Source: Alloprevotella sp. (GTDB lineage Bacteria; Bacteroidota; Bacteroidia; Bacteroidales; Bacteroidaceae). Taken from it: a DNA stretch of 64,000 nt. Location: NCBI GenBank assembly GCA_045636885.1, contig JAZTYI010000088.1, positions 38,759 through 102,758 of the forward strand, read 5' to 3'. The position numbers were made by a program, and so were the translations under genes. Under the pieces are notes generated by a model that was not told where the DNA came from, made no database searches, and was given only the letters and a program-made list of their open reading frames with translations. The number at the start of each line of letters is the position of its first letter. Within the stretch, counting starts at the first letter, position 1. Below, piece after piece: positions 1 to 10,059 of this stretch.

Positions 1-299
1 TGTTTCAAGTTCGCGAGTTGGTCAGCGTCAAAATGCCACGACTTAAATGCCACCTTTGACATAGTAGGCAAAAAATACAACGACTTACCCCCGACAAAAT
101 AACATACGACGGCAGCTATGATTGACCCAACGCCTAATCCCAACAACGTTGCCGCAGAGTTTTCTCCTTGAAACTCAAAATTCAGTGCATAATACAAGAG
201 CCCTAAGCCTAACGCCAACAAGAACGTAGATAAAACAATATTCTTAACATCAAGACGGATTCCCAAATCGGGGTGTGTAAATTCTTTTATAGTATTCAT
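1..299 (-). CDS. hypothetical membrane protein, runs off the window start
   Basis: ATG at 299-297 opens a frame with no stop to position 1 (MNTIKEFTHPDLGIRLDVKNIVLSTFLLALGLGLLYY...); two hydrophobic segments; not in the ORF track because it has no stop. Confidence 0.7.
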   Translation of the reverse strand, partial: MNTIKEFTHPDLGIRLDVKNIVLSTFLLALGLGLLYYALNFEFQGENSAATLLGLGVGSIIAAVVCYFVGGKSLYFLPTMSKVAFKSWHFDADQLANLK

Positions 300-464
300 A
301 ATTTTAGACAATAGATATTGTGGAGGGATGCTCTCATACTCCTGGTATGTATCCCTCCTTAATGAATGTAATAAACAAGTATTCAGGCACAAACCAATAA
401 GCGAAATGTATTATTTCACTCACTTGTTTGCACCTTATTCGTTGCATCTAAAAATTATGAATAC

Positions 465-884
465 CTAACGGATAATCTCCCTCAAAGCATAGACGTAGAA
501 GAGTTTTGCCGTCGTGCAATAGTAGGGAGCTGACGCCGAAAATATGCGCCAAGAACAATGTTTAGAAAAGGAAGTTAAGTTTCTTACTCTTCGCCCCAAT
601 GATGTGGCAAACGAAGGTATGGAACGAGCAGAGTAAGTGCGCACCGTTCGCTCGCAAGCAGTTTGCGGAACAGTTACATTCTGAACAACTTGTACGCCAC
701 AAACATCACTTCCTTTTGATATGTTTGAGTAATCGTAATAATCCTGTTGTTCACAAGTTTGCTGGGTAAGACATTGTACGCATACCGCTTGCTCATTACT
801 CGATGTGGCGTCACACCAAGCAGGGTTATTAAGCAACAAGCTCAATAACCCCAAAAGCAATGATATATACAATGTCTTCACCAT
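465..884 (-). CDS. hypothetical protein with signal peptide
   Basis: 139 aa; hydrophobic N-terminus ending AWC; C-terminal FYVYALREIIR resembles the tails of small Bacteroidales hypotheticals. Confidence 0.6.
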   Translation of the reverse strand: MVKTLYISLLLGLLSLLLNNPAWCDATSSNEQAVCVQCLTQQTCEQQDYYDYSNISKGSDVCGVQVVQNVTVPQTACERTVRTYSARSIPSFATSLGRRVRNLTSFSKHCSWRIFSASAPYYCTTAKLFYVYALREIIR

Positions 885-943
885 AGTATTCGTATAAATC
901 CTCGAAGCATAAGACCTGCTTCAAGCGAAATATACAACCGTTT

Positions 944-1984
944 TTAAATCAGAGGAATATTCAGCGCAGCACATTCCTTACGCATCTCATCGGGCCAAAT
1001 GCTTGCCTGTATTTCACCGATGTGCGCCTTACGAAGGTAGAGCATGCAGAGGCGTGACTGTCCGATACCTCCGCCGATACAGAGCGGAAGAGAGCCTTCT
1101 ACGAGGCGGCGGTGGAAGTAAAGTTCCAAACGCTCCTCTTTTCCGCTTTCTTTGAGCTGGCGAAGTAGCGCTTCTTTGTCCACGCGGATACCCATAGAAG
1201 AGAGTTCCACGGCACGATCAAGCACATCGTTCCACACCAAGAGGTCACCATTCAATCCAGGTAACGCACTATCTGCCGACACCGTGGAGTAATCATCATA
1301 GTCCGGCGCACGCATATCGTGGGGTTCGCCATTCGAGAGTTTACAACCAATGCCGATGATAAATACCGCCCCCCATTCACGAGTGATTAAGTCCTCGCGC
1401 TCCTTTGCCGACTTATCGGGGTAGCGCTGAAGAAGTTCTTCGGCATGAATGAACTGCACATCTTCAGGCAATGAGGGAGTTAATTGCGGGAAGCGCTCAC
1501 ACACGAGAAACTCCGTGCGCTTCAAAGCAGCATAAATACATTTCACCGTGCGCTTCAAATATTCCACCGTGCGCTGTTCGGGAAGAATCACACGTTCCCA
1601 GTCCCACTGGTCCACATAAAGCGAGTGCAAATTACCGAGTTCTTCATCCGCACGAATGGCATTCATGTCTGTATAAATACCATAACCCGGTTGCACTTCA
1701 TAATCGGCAAGCGTCAAACGTTTCCACTTAGCCAACGAATGCACCACTTCAGCGTGCGCATCTTGAAGATCCTTAATGGGAAAAGTCACAGGGCGCTCCT
1801 TACCACTTAGGTCGTCATTGATACCCAAACCACGAAGCACAAAGAGCGGTCCCGTCACACGACGGAGACAAAGTCCCGTAGCAAGGTTGTCTTGAAAGAA
1901 ATCTTTGATGACCTTAATACCCTGCTCGGTTTCATATTTATTAAGTACGGGAGAATATGCTGTTGGCTTAATTAGATAACTCAT
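944..1984 (-). CDS. asnA: aspartate--ammonia ligase
   Basis: Motifs EVVHSLAKWKR, HSLYVDQWDWE, RAPDYDD, IGGGIGQSRL. Confidence 0.97.
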   Translation of the reverse strand: MSYLIKPTAYSPVLNKYETEQGIKVIKDFFQDNLATGLCLRRVTGPLFVLRGLGINDDLSGKERPVTFPIKDLQDAHAEVVHSLAKWKRLTLADYEVQPGYGIYTDMNAIRADEELGNLHSLYVDQWDWERVILPEQRTVEYLKRTVKCIYAALKRTEFLVCERFPQLTPSLPEDVQFIHAEELLQRYPDKSAKEREDLITREWGAVFIIGIGCKLSNGEPHDMRAPDYDDYSTVSADSALPGLNGDLLVWNDVLDRAVELSSMGIRVDKEALLRQLKESGKEERLELYFHRRLVEGSLPLCIGGGIGQSRLCMLYLRKAHIGEIQASIWPDEMRKECAALNIPLI

Positions 1985-2013
1985 GGTTTAGTTTCGTTTT
2001 GTTATTGCGAGCG

Positions 2014-2021
2014 CAAAGATA
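2014..2021 (-). promoter_or_regulatory. Bacteroidota sigma-A -7 box for asnA
   Basis: TATCTTTG (TAnnTTTG) about 30 nt upstream of the asnA start. Confidence 0.65.
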
Positions 2022-2071
2022 GTAAATATTTGTTAGCGAAAGCAATAAATCAACTTCAATTTTGGAAGCGG

Positions 2072-2455
2072 TTATCCCCTATTCTTAAAACATTCGTCTA
2101 ACCTGCTCAAGCAAAGTTTTACAGAAGCACCTTTACAAGACGCTCCCATAGGCGGATTAACCTTTGTAAGGCAGATTTCTACCTGCTCCACTAAAGGAAA
2201 CTCGTCCAGCAATCGTCGGGCAATGCGCATAACTACATGCTCTAACAACTTCGAGGGCACTTGCATCTCTGCTTTTACTACATCATAAACGGCAGCGTAA
2301 TTTACTGTCCCCGAAAGTTCATCGTGGTTATAAGACTCGGTAGTTACGTTCACATCAAGCGCTACATCTGCAAGATAAGAACCTCCCACGATGCGCTCTT
2401 GTTCAAGCACACCGTGGAAGGCATAGAAGTCAAGGTTTGAGAGAGAGATTCTCAT
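2072..2455 (-). CDS. folB: dihydroneopterin aldolase
   Basis: FYAFHGVLEQE, TVNYAAVY, SKLLEH, KVNPPMG. Confidence 0.95.
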   Translation of the reverse strand: MRISLSNLDFYAFHGVLEQERIVGGSYLADVALDVNVTTESYNHDELSGTVNYAAVYDVVKAEMQVPSKLLEHVVMRIARRLLDEFPLVEQVEICLTKVNPPMGASCKGASVKLCLSRLDECFKNRG

Positions 2456-2470
2456 TTCTGATTTTATATT

Positions 2471-3976
2471 CTATCCACATCTACTGCTTCCACAACTCTT
2501 ACATATCAAGCAACCTTCCTGATATACAAGCGTTTCGCATCCACAGTTAGGACATTTCTGACCTGTCGCTTCAGTGCCGTCGGAAATGTATTTCTTCAAC
2601 GCACGCGTCACACCATTCTTCCAAGTATTGATACTTTCAGAGTCGAGTTGCAACTGACCGACGAGTTTAATGACATTAGTTAAAGGCATGCGGTAACGAA
2701 GTACACCTGAAATCAACTTTGCGTAATTCCAATACTCCTTATCGAATTTTTCAGAGAGTCCTTCTACCGTCGTTTTATACCCACGCTTATTCTTAAACTG
2801 GAAGTCGTAGCGCTTCGTACCGTCGGGATTTTGGTTTTTGATAATAACCCCAGAAGTCACATGCTTGGGAAGCACGATACCCTCTTCGTCGTCCATCAAA
2901 CCCGTAAAGATTTCGTAGGGATGACCGTCGAGAAGTCCAACGAATGCCACCCACTTTTCCTTCTTATTTTGGAAACGCACCACGTCACACTCCAATTCAA
3001 CAGGACGAATCTCTGTAACCTGCGGCGGCTGGCACACGGGAGTTTCTTCCTTTTTCTCCTTCTTTTCAGCACTCACAAGCACACCGCTTCTGCTGCCGTC
3101 ACGATAAATAGTACAACCCTTGCAACCGCTCTTCCACGCCTCAATATAGAGTTTATTTACCAACTCTTCATCCACATCGGCAGGAAGGTTTACTGTCACT
3201 GAGATGCTATGGTCAACCCACTTCTGAATTGCACCCTGCATCTTTACCTTCATCAACCAATCGACATCGTTTGCCGTAGCCTTGTAATATGGTGATTTTG
3301 AAACCAAATCTTCAATTTCTTCTTGAGAATAATTCTTTGTAGTATCAAATCCGTTGACCTTCATCCAAGTCACAAACTTGGGGTGGTAAACGATGTATTC
3401 TTCAAACGAGTCACCCGTTTCATCCACAAAGTCAACACGCACTTCTGGGTCGTTAGGATTGACCTTACGACGACGCTTGTATACGGGGAGGAATACGGGT
3501 TCGATACCACTTGTTGTCTGCGTCATCAAACTGGTTGTTCCTGTAGGTGCAATCGTCAAACAAGCAATATTTCTTCTGCCATACTTAACCATGTCTTCAT
3601 AAAGGTTGGCATCAGCATCCTTCAAGCGCAAAATGAAAGGATTATTCACCTCACGAGCTGCGTCAAATATTTGGAACGCCCCACGTTCGCGCGCCATTTC
3701 TACCGATGAACCATAGGCTGCCACCGCCAACGTGCGCTGCACATTAACCGCAAAATCGGTAGCCTCCTGCGTTCCATAACGCAAACCAAGCGCTGCAATC
3801 ATGTCACCTTCGGCAGTGATACCCACTCCCGTGCGACGGCCCTCAATCGCCTTTTGATAAATCTTCTTCCAGAGTTGAATTTCTGTATACTTGACCTCTT
3901 CCACCTGGGGATCGCTCTCAACCTTCTTCAAAAACTTCTCAATCATTTCCAATTCGAGGTCGATGATGTCATCCAT
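2471..3976 (-). CDS. nrdJ: adenosylcobalamin-dependent (class II) ribonucleotide reductase, C-terminal part; in frame with the N-terminal part across one TAG
   Basis: GRRTGVGIT, RRNIACLTIAPTGTTS, QKWVDHSISVTVN, KGCTIYRDGSR, C-terminal CPNCG...CKSCGSSRCG. Confidence 0.9.
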   Translation of the reverse strand: MDDIIDLELEMIEKFLKKVESDPQVEEVKYTEIQLWKKIYQKAIEGRRTGVGITAEGDMIAALGLRYGTQEATDFAVNVQRTLAVAAYGSSVEMARERGAFQIFDAAREVNNPFILRLKDADANLYEDMVKYGRRNIACLTIAPTGTTSLMTQTTSGIEPVFLPVYKRRRKVNPNDPEVRVDFVDETGDSFEEYIVYHPKFVTWMKVNGFDTTKNYSQEEIEDLVSKSPYYKATANDVDWLMKVKMQGAIQKWVDHSISVTVNLPADVDEELVNKLYIEAWKSGCKGCTIYRDGSRSGVLVSAEKKEKKEETPVCQPPQVTEIRPVELECDVVRFQNKKEKWVAFVGLLDGHPYEIFTGLMDDEEGIVLPKHVTSGVIIKNQNPDGTKRYDFQFKNKRGYKTTVEGLSEKFDKEYWNYAKLISGVLRYRMPLTNVIKLVGQLQLDSESINTWKNGVTRALKKYISDGTEATGQKCPNCGCETLVYQEGCLICKSCGSSRCG

Positions 3977-5011
3977 CTAGCGCTGTGCCATGCGCACATG
4001 CTTGCGGAAGAGGTCAAAGTTAAATGAAGCTTCAGCAGTAAAGGGATTTTCCACATAACCATAGAGGTTAATTGCCAAGAGTCGGCAACTATCATAGGGG
4101 CAAAGAGGTATTTCCCCACAAGGATTGGTAGAGATAGTACGGAAGCTAAGGTCTGCATAACAGTCGGGAATACTTTCGCGGATTATCGTATCCCAGAAAA
4201 GGACCCCTGGTTCTGCACTGCGCCACGCATTATGCACAATTTTGCGCCATAATGCTGAAGCATCTATGCGTTTGCTAAATTGCGGTGCTTCTGCATCAAT
4301 GGGGTATTGCTGCACATAGGGTTGTTGATGGATTGCAGCATTCATAAAGGCATCATCAATACGCACACTCACATTTGCTCCAGTCACTTTACCCTGTGTC
4401 ATTTTCGCATCAATAAATGCTTCTGCCTCGGGGTGCTTAATGCTTACGGAAAGCATCAATGCACCTCGACGACCATCTTGTGCCACTTCACGCGTAGAGT
4501 TGCTGAAGCGCTCCATAAAGGGCACAATACCTGTAGATGTTAATGCTGAATTGCGTACGGGAGAACCCTTGGGGCGGAGTTTTGAAAGGTCGTGCCCTAC
4601 TCCACCACGGCGCTTCATGAGCTGCACCTGCTCTTCATCCTCCTTCATAATAGCACCGTAAGAATCGGCATCACCTTCCACACCAATCACAAAGCAATTG
4701 GAGAGTGAAGCCACTTGGTAGGGATTACCAATTCCCGTCATGGGACTACCCGCGGGGATGATGTAGCGAAAATGTGCAAGAAGGTCATAGACTTCTTGTG
4801 CTGAAATAGGATTAGGATATTTTTGCTCAATACGGGCAATCTCATTAGCTAAACGCCAATGCATATCTACGGGCGACTGTTCATAGATATTACCATGACT
4901 ATCCTTCATGGCATACTTATTCACCCAAACACGAGCGGCGAGTTCATCACCACCAAAATAATTTAGAGAAGCATTGTATGCCTCTTCATAGGTATAGATT
5001 TTTTGTTCCAC
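3977..5011 (-). CDS. nrdJ: class II ribonucleotide reductase, N-terminal part ending at a premature TAG
   Basis: GTG start; SLSNCFVI, GRRGALM, finger loop TNPCGEIPL; ends ...AQR-TAG directly followed by ATG GAT GAC ATC (MDDII); joined frame is 846 codons. Confidence 0.9.
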   Translation of the reverse strand: MEQKIYTYEEAYNASLNYFGGDELAARVWVNKYAMKDSHGNIYEQSPVDMHWRLANEIARIEQKYPNPISAQEVYDLLAHFRYIIPAGSPMTGIGNPYQVASLSNCFVIGVEGDADSYGAIMKEDEEQVQLMKRRGGVGHDLSKLRPKGSPVRNSALTSTGIVPFMERFSNSTREVAQDGRRGALMLSVSIKHPEAEAFIDAKMTQGKVTGANVSVRIDDAFMNAAIHQQPYVQQYPIDAEAPQFSKRIDASALWRKIVHNAWRSAEPGVLFWDTIIRESIPDCYADLSFRTISTNPCGEIPLCPYDSCRLLAINLYGYVENPFTAEASFNFDLFRKHVRMAQR

Positions 5012-5060
5012 AGTTTAGTTTCGTTATGTTATAGCATCCTCAAACTTTATATAAATCTCT

Positions 5061-6260
5061 TTATCTATGATATTCAACAGCAAGTCCTCCTTCAGAAGTT
5101 TCGCGATAAAGTGAAGGGAGATCATGCCCTGTTTTTTTCATAACCTGAACCGCCTTATCGTAACTAATACGATGTTGTCCTTCTGCATAAGTAGCGTAAA
5201 TATTTGCATCGAGTGCGCGCGCTGCAGCATGAGCATTACGTTCTATACAGGGAATCTGCACAAGGCCACAAATTGGGTCGCAGGTCATTCCAAAGTGGTG
5301 TTCTAATCCCATCTCTGCTGCATATTCTGTAGTTTGAAGACTACCTCCAAAGATATAATTTGCCGCAGCTGCAGCCATAGCGCATGCTACGCCGACTTCT
5401 GCCTGACATCCTGCTTCGGCTCCTGAAATTGAAGCCAAGGTTTTAGCGATGTTGCCCACTAAGCCTGCCGTAGCCAATGCATGAAGGATGCGCTTTGTAG
5501 AGAATTTACGACTTTGCTGAATATGATAAAGCACTGCAGGAACTACACCACACGATCCACATGTAGGAGCGGTAACAATACGACCGCCAGAGGCATTTTC
5601 TTCTGTAACAGCAAGGGCATAAGCAAAAACCAAACCTCTTGTCTGTAAATTAGCGCTATACCCCTGTGCCTTTATGTAATAATGAGGTGCTTTACGGCGA
5701 AGGTTGAGACCACCGGGAAGCACACCTTCCGTTTCCAATCCCCTCTCAACGGCTTGACACATAACTTTCCAAACCTCTTCAAGATAATCCCAAATGTCGG
5801 ATTCTTCAAATTGCTCCACAAACTGCCAATACGAGTAACCGCGTTCGTCACACCACTTAATGATATCATTAAGATGATTGAGTTCGTAGACGTCGGGAGT
5901 TTGAATAGAACTATGTCCCTCTTCAGCCAAAGCACCCCCACCAACACTATACACGGTCCATTCATCGTAAGTATTACCAGCTTCATCTATAGCTTGAAAA
6001 AGCATGCCATTTGGATGATAGGGCAACACAATTTCTGCGCACCACTTGATTTCACAACGCTCCTTCCCGATTACATCGAGTATGGCCCAATCGGTGAGGT
6101 GACCACGTCCCGTAGCGGCAAGACTACCATAAAGTGTCACCCTAAAACGATTTGCTTCTGGATGACGTGAAAGGTATTGTTCGGCGGCAGCTCGAGGTCC
6201 CATAGTGTGAGACGACGATGGTCCATAACCGATACGATAAAGTTCTTTAAGAGATTTCAT
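5061..6260 (-). CDS. sdaA: L-serine ammonia-lyase (Fe-S dependent)
   Basis: GPSSSHTMGP, LYGSLAATG, TAPTCGSCG, AGCQAEVG, MTCDPICGLVQIPCIERN. Confidence 0.95.
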   Translation of the reverse strand: MKSLKELYRIGYGPSSSHTMGPRAAAEQYLSRHPEANRFRVTLYGSLAATGRGHLTDWAILDVIGKERCEIKWCAEIVLPYHPNGMLFQAIDEAGNTYDEWTVYSVGGGALAEEGHSSIQTPDVYELNHLNDIIKWCDERGYSYWQFVEQFEESDIWDYLEEVWKVMCQAVERGLETEGVLPGGLNLRRKAPHYYIKAQGYSANLQTRGLVFAYALAVTEENASGGRIVTAPTCGSCGVVPAVLYHIQQSRKFSTKRILHALATAGLVGNIAKTLASISGAEAGCQAEVGVACAMAAAAANYIFGGSLQTTEYAAEMGLEHHFGMTCDPICGLVQIPCIERNAHAAARALDANIYATYAEGQHRISYDKAVQVMKKTGHDLPSLYRETSEGGLAVEYHR

Positions 6261-6361
6261 AAATGTGAGGTTGGGAGGTTTTGAAGTTTTAAGGAGAAAA
6301 GGTCTTTTTAACCTTTAAGTTTTGCTTCACCTTAAAACCTAAAGAAAAGCGCCTTATAAAT

Positions 6362-8332
6362 TTAATTTTCTTTAATCAGTCCCTTTCGATAAGCACGCAA
6401 AAGGCGTTCGAGATCAGCGACTTGTTCACGTAGATTTCTACCTATGTCAGTATCAGCCACCATAACACGACGGTCTGAAATTTCGACAATGGCAGTAGTT
6501 GACTGAATGTCTGTTCCGTTAATCACAGCTTCTTCAGTAGAATTGAACGGAGCATGTTGAACGAGTTGGAAACCACGACTGTGATAAACGAGCGTGTATC
6601 CTGCAATACCTGTTTTTGAATGATAAGCACGGGCAAAACCGCCATCAATGACCATCAACCGACCATCTGCCTTTATGGGATTTTCCCCTTTCGCAACCTT
6701 TACAGGAACGTGTCCATTGATAATATGACGGTACTTTCCAACTACTTCAAATTCATCCAACAAACGATCGCAAACAGAAGCTTCATTACGCAACTTATAA
6801 TATGCGCCTTTTTCTTCGGTATGCACGGATTTATCAGCGATAAAGTATCGTTCAAAAGTCGTCATTTTCGACTTATCGAAGAGTGGACTATTTGGACCAC
6901 ACCATAGATACCAGAAGTAATCTTGAGCATACTTCTTTTCATCTTCTTCTGCACCATCTTCATACGCAAGACGAACAAGTTGTTCTATGCGCAACATAAG
7001 TTCTTTACCCTTACACTTCACTCCCATCACTTCTACTTCACGAAGACTACCATCGTTATTAAGCGGGAGCGATGCGTGGAAAAGTAAATTGGAATTACAA
7101 ACAGTGAACATGCCTCCATGAGTTAACAGACACTGCATGTGGCGCTGAAGCCGTTCGCTCACACAGAAAGAACGAACAAGACTATTGATAATTTCTTGTT
7201 CTTCCTCACTTAAGCGCAACGGGTCTGTCGGATCAATAGTTGGGAAATTAGTATCCAACATGGTATGTTCATCCCCCTCATACATTATTGTGCCACGAAC
7301 GAAGTCAACTTGCTGTAGAAGACTTCTATGTGCCATTTTCCAATCTGGACGTGATTGATAAAGTTGACCTTCCAACTTGAATTGAATCACTGCTATGGCC
7401 TTATGCATTTGAGCGATAAGTCGTTGTGTCTTCTCACGAGGCGAACCTTCACCTGTAAATTCAATAAAGGGTTTAAAAAGTTCGCAAGGATCATCCGCAT
7501 ACGTCTCCATTGCAAATGTTGCAAGCGGTACCATATTGATACCATAACCTTCCTCCAAAGTCTTCGTATTGGCATATCGTAAGGAAAGGCGAATTACGGA
7601 AGCCACACAAGCAGGATTTCCCGCTGCTGCTCCCATCCAAAGGATGTCATGATTTCCCCACTCAATATCCAAATTATGGTAATTGGAAAGCAAATCCATG
7701 ATGAGGTGTGCTCCTGGACCGCGGTCAAAAATATCACCAAGAATATGAAGTTGATCAACAGCAAGACGTTGAATAAGATAGCACAACTGTATTACGAAAG
7801 CATCTGCACGCTTGGTGCCGATGATCGTTTGAATAATGATATTGTAATAAGCTTGTTTATTATGACGGTCCGACGACTCATGCAACAATTCTTCGATAAT
7901 GTATGCAAACTCTCGTGGCAAACTCTTACGCACTTTTGAGCGTGTATATTTGGAAGACACGTTGCGACACACGGCAATCAGGCGATGAAGTGTGCTTTGA
8001 TAAAAATCCGACATATTACGCCCCGAACGACGTAACAATTCCAATTTCTGTTCTGGATAATAGATAAGCGTACACAATTCGCGTAGTTCACCCTCATTTA
8101 ATTGGTCGTGAAAAATTTCGTAAACCTTACGCTTGATGTTACCTGAAGCATTACGCAGTACGTGTTGGAAGGCTTCGTACTCACCATGAATATCTGCCAT
8201 AAAATGCTCTGTTGACTTTGGCAGATGCAAAATTGCTTCGAGATTGATAATCTCTGAAGTTACCGCGGAGACATTCGGAAAATCCTTCGCCAATAATTCG
8301 AGATAGCGCATATTTTCACGGATATTTTTCAT
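6362..8332 (-). CDS. fbp: fructose-1,6-bisphosphatase class III
   Basis: DIHGEYEAF, GDIFDRGP, WGNHDILWMGA, IINGHVPVK, VIDGGF; ATG at 8332 preferred over the track start at 8359. Confidence 0.95.
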   Translation of the reverse strand: MKNIRENMRYLELLAKDFPNVSAVTSEIINLEAILHLPKSTEHFMADIHGEYEAFQHVLRNASGNIKRKVYEIFHDQLNEGELRELCTLIYYPEQKLELLRRSGRNMSDFYQSTLHRLIAVCRNVSSKYTRSKVRKSLPREFAYIIEELLHESSDRHNKQAYYNIIIQTIIGTKRADAFVIQLCYLIQRLAVDQLHILGDIFDRGPGAHLIMDLLSNYHNLDIEWGNHDILWMGAAAGNPACVASVIRLSLRYANTKTLEEGYGINMVPLATFAMETYADDPCELFKPFIEFTGEGSPREKTQRLIAQMHKAIAVIQFKLEGQLYQSRPDWKMAHRSLLQQVDFVRGTIMYEGDEHTMLDTNFPTIDPTDPLRLSEEEQEIINSLVRSFCVSERLQRHMQCLLTHGGMFTVCNSNLLFHASLPLNNDGSLREVEVMGVKCKGKELMLRIEQLVRLAYEDGAEEDEKKYAQDYFWYLWCGPNSPLFDKSKMTTFERYFIADKSVHTEEKGAYYKLRNEASVCDRLLDEFEVVGKYRHIINGHVPVKVAKGENPIKADGRLMVIDGGFARAYHSKTGIAGYTLVYHSRGFQLVQHAPFNSTEEAVINGTDIQSTTAIVEISDRRVMVADTDIGRNLREQVADLERLLRAYRKGLIKEN

Positions 8333-8408
8333 AGTAATAGTATAAGGAGTAGAAAACAACTTATAGTTAGGTAGGTATTCAGTATGTATATTTCCTGCTT
8401 TTTCACCA

Positions 8409-8499
8409 CAAAAGTAAAATAAAAATAGTTATCTTGACATTGTTTTGAATGGTTTTCACCTTTAAGGTATGATATTTCGTATATAAAATATTATTTTTG
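8409..8499. promoter_or_regulatory. divergent -7 boxes for fbp (-) and the aminotransferase (+)
   Basis: TACTTTTG on minus at 8416-8409 and TATTTTTG on plus at 8492-8499. Confidence 0.55.
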
Positions 8500-8582
8500 C
8501 ATGTAAAACAGAACGAAAATATTAGTTACCCACTGTTCATATACTATGATATTTCGGGTAGACTATATCACACCTAATTACT

Positions 8583-9782
8583 ATGCCTAAAATTTCAGAG
8601 CGTGGCGTGGCAATGCCTGAATCGCCCATTCGTAAATTAGCCCCACTTGCTTCTGCAGCCAAACGTCGCGGTGTTAAGGTTTACCACCTTAATATCGGTC
8701 AACCTGACTTACCTACTCCTCAAGAAGGACTCGACGTACTGAAAAATATTGACAGACGATTGCTTGAATATAGTCCGAGTCAAGGGTTCTTGCGCTATCG
8801 CGAGAAACTCACCCATTACTATAAAAAGTACGATATTCATCTTTCAGCCGACGACATCATCATCACTTCAGGTGGTTCTGAAGCAGTTTTGTTTGCCTTC
8901 CTATCTTGCTTGAATCCAGGCGATGAAATCATAGTACCGGAACCAGCTTATGCCAACTATATGGCATTTGCCATTTCTGCAGGAGCAAAGATACGCACGA
9001 TTGCCACTACTATTGAAGAAGGTTTTTCTCTTCCTAAAGTGGAAAAATTTGAAGAACTTATCAACGAACGCACACGTGCCATTTTGATTTGCAATCCCAA
9101 CAACCCTACGGGATACCTCTACACACGTCGCGAAATGAACCAGATTCGTGACCTCGTAAAGAAATACGATCTTTACCTATTCTCCGACGAAGTTTATCGT
9201 GAATTTATCTACACGGGTTCACCTTACATTTCAGCTTGTCACCTTGAGGGAATTGAGCAAAACGTAGTGCTTATCGACTCAGTTTCTAAGCGTTATAGCG
9301 AATGTGGTATTCGCATTGGTGCTTTAATAACTAAAAATGAATCCGTGAGAAGTGCTGTCATGAAATTCTGTCAAGCTCGTTTAAGCCCCCCGCTTATCGG
9401 GCAGTTGATAGCAGAAGCATCACTCGACGCCACTCCTGAATACAGTCGTGAAATCTACGATGAATACGTAGAGCGCCGCAAGTGTCTTATTGACGGTCTA
9501 AACCGCATTCCTGGTGTGTACTCCCCCATTCCTATGGGTGCTTTCTATACTGTAGCAAAACTTCCCGTTGATGATGCCGAAAAATTCTGTGCATGGTGCC
9601 TCACCGACTTCCAGTATGAAGGCGAAACTGTAATGATGGCACCAGCAGCAGGGTTCTACACCACACCTGGAGCTGGAATCAACCAAGTACGAATTGCCTA
9701 CGTGCTAAAAAAAGAAGACCTCATGCGCGCTCTACTCGTACTTGGGAAAGCATTAGAAGCTTATCCTGGACGCACAAATTAA
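8583..9782 (+). CDS. PLP-dependent aminotransferase class I/II (aspartate aminotransferase-like)
   Basis: LNIGQPD, CNPNNPTG, SDEVYREF, DSVSKRYSECGIRIG. Confidence 0.93.
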   Translation: MPKISERGVAMPESPIRKLAPLASAAKRRGVKVYHLNIGQPDLPTPQEGLDVLKNIDRRLLEYSPSQGFLRYREKLTHYYKKYDIHLSADDIIITSGGSEAVLFAFLSCLNPGDEIIVPEPAYANYMAFAISAGAKIRTIATTIEEGFSLPKVEKFEELINERTRAILICNPNNPTGYLYTRREMNQIRDLVKKYDLYLFSDEVYREFIYTGSPYISACHLEGIEQNVVLIDSVSKRYSECGIRIGALITKNESVRSAVMKFCQARLSPPLIGQLIAEASLDATPEYSREIYDEYVERRKCLIDGLNRIPGVYSPIPMGAFYTVAKLPVDDAEKFCAWCLTDFQYEGETVMMAPAAGFYTTPGAGINQVRIAYVLKKEDLMRALLVLGKALEAYPGRTN

Positions 9783-9799
9783 AACAACGAAGTCACAGA

Positions 9800-9854
9800 A
9801 AGTTGAGAGATGATAATTCACTATCTTTGATAGGTATCTATCACCTCTCAACTT
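9800..9854 (+). terminator. long hairpin downstream of the aminotransferase
   Basis: AAGTTGAGAGATGATA ... TATCACCTCTCAACTT inverted repeat; weak U tract. Confidence 0.5.
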
Positions 9855-10059
9855 CGCTATTTAATTCACAGCTGTTACTTATCGATATATAGTTATAGTC
9901 CTAGTGATTTTAAGAACACCACCAAAGGTCGCGCAATCTGTTTCTACAACCACCATCTTAAAGTTGCTATCCGAAAGTCAATATTTTCACCGCTACAAGA
10001 AATAAAGGAAGTAACATTTCAGTCTCTTTTTCTACCTCTTAAATCCTCATCTCACTTCT

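Noticed and set aside
2072-2473. nrdJ-folB fusion by readthrough (folB is in frame 5 codons after the nrdJ TAG)
   Set aside because: One-in-three chance; SRCG is the usual C-terminus of this RNR and folB has its own ATG.
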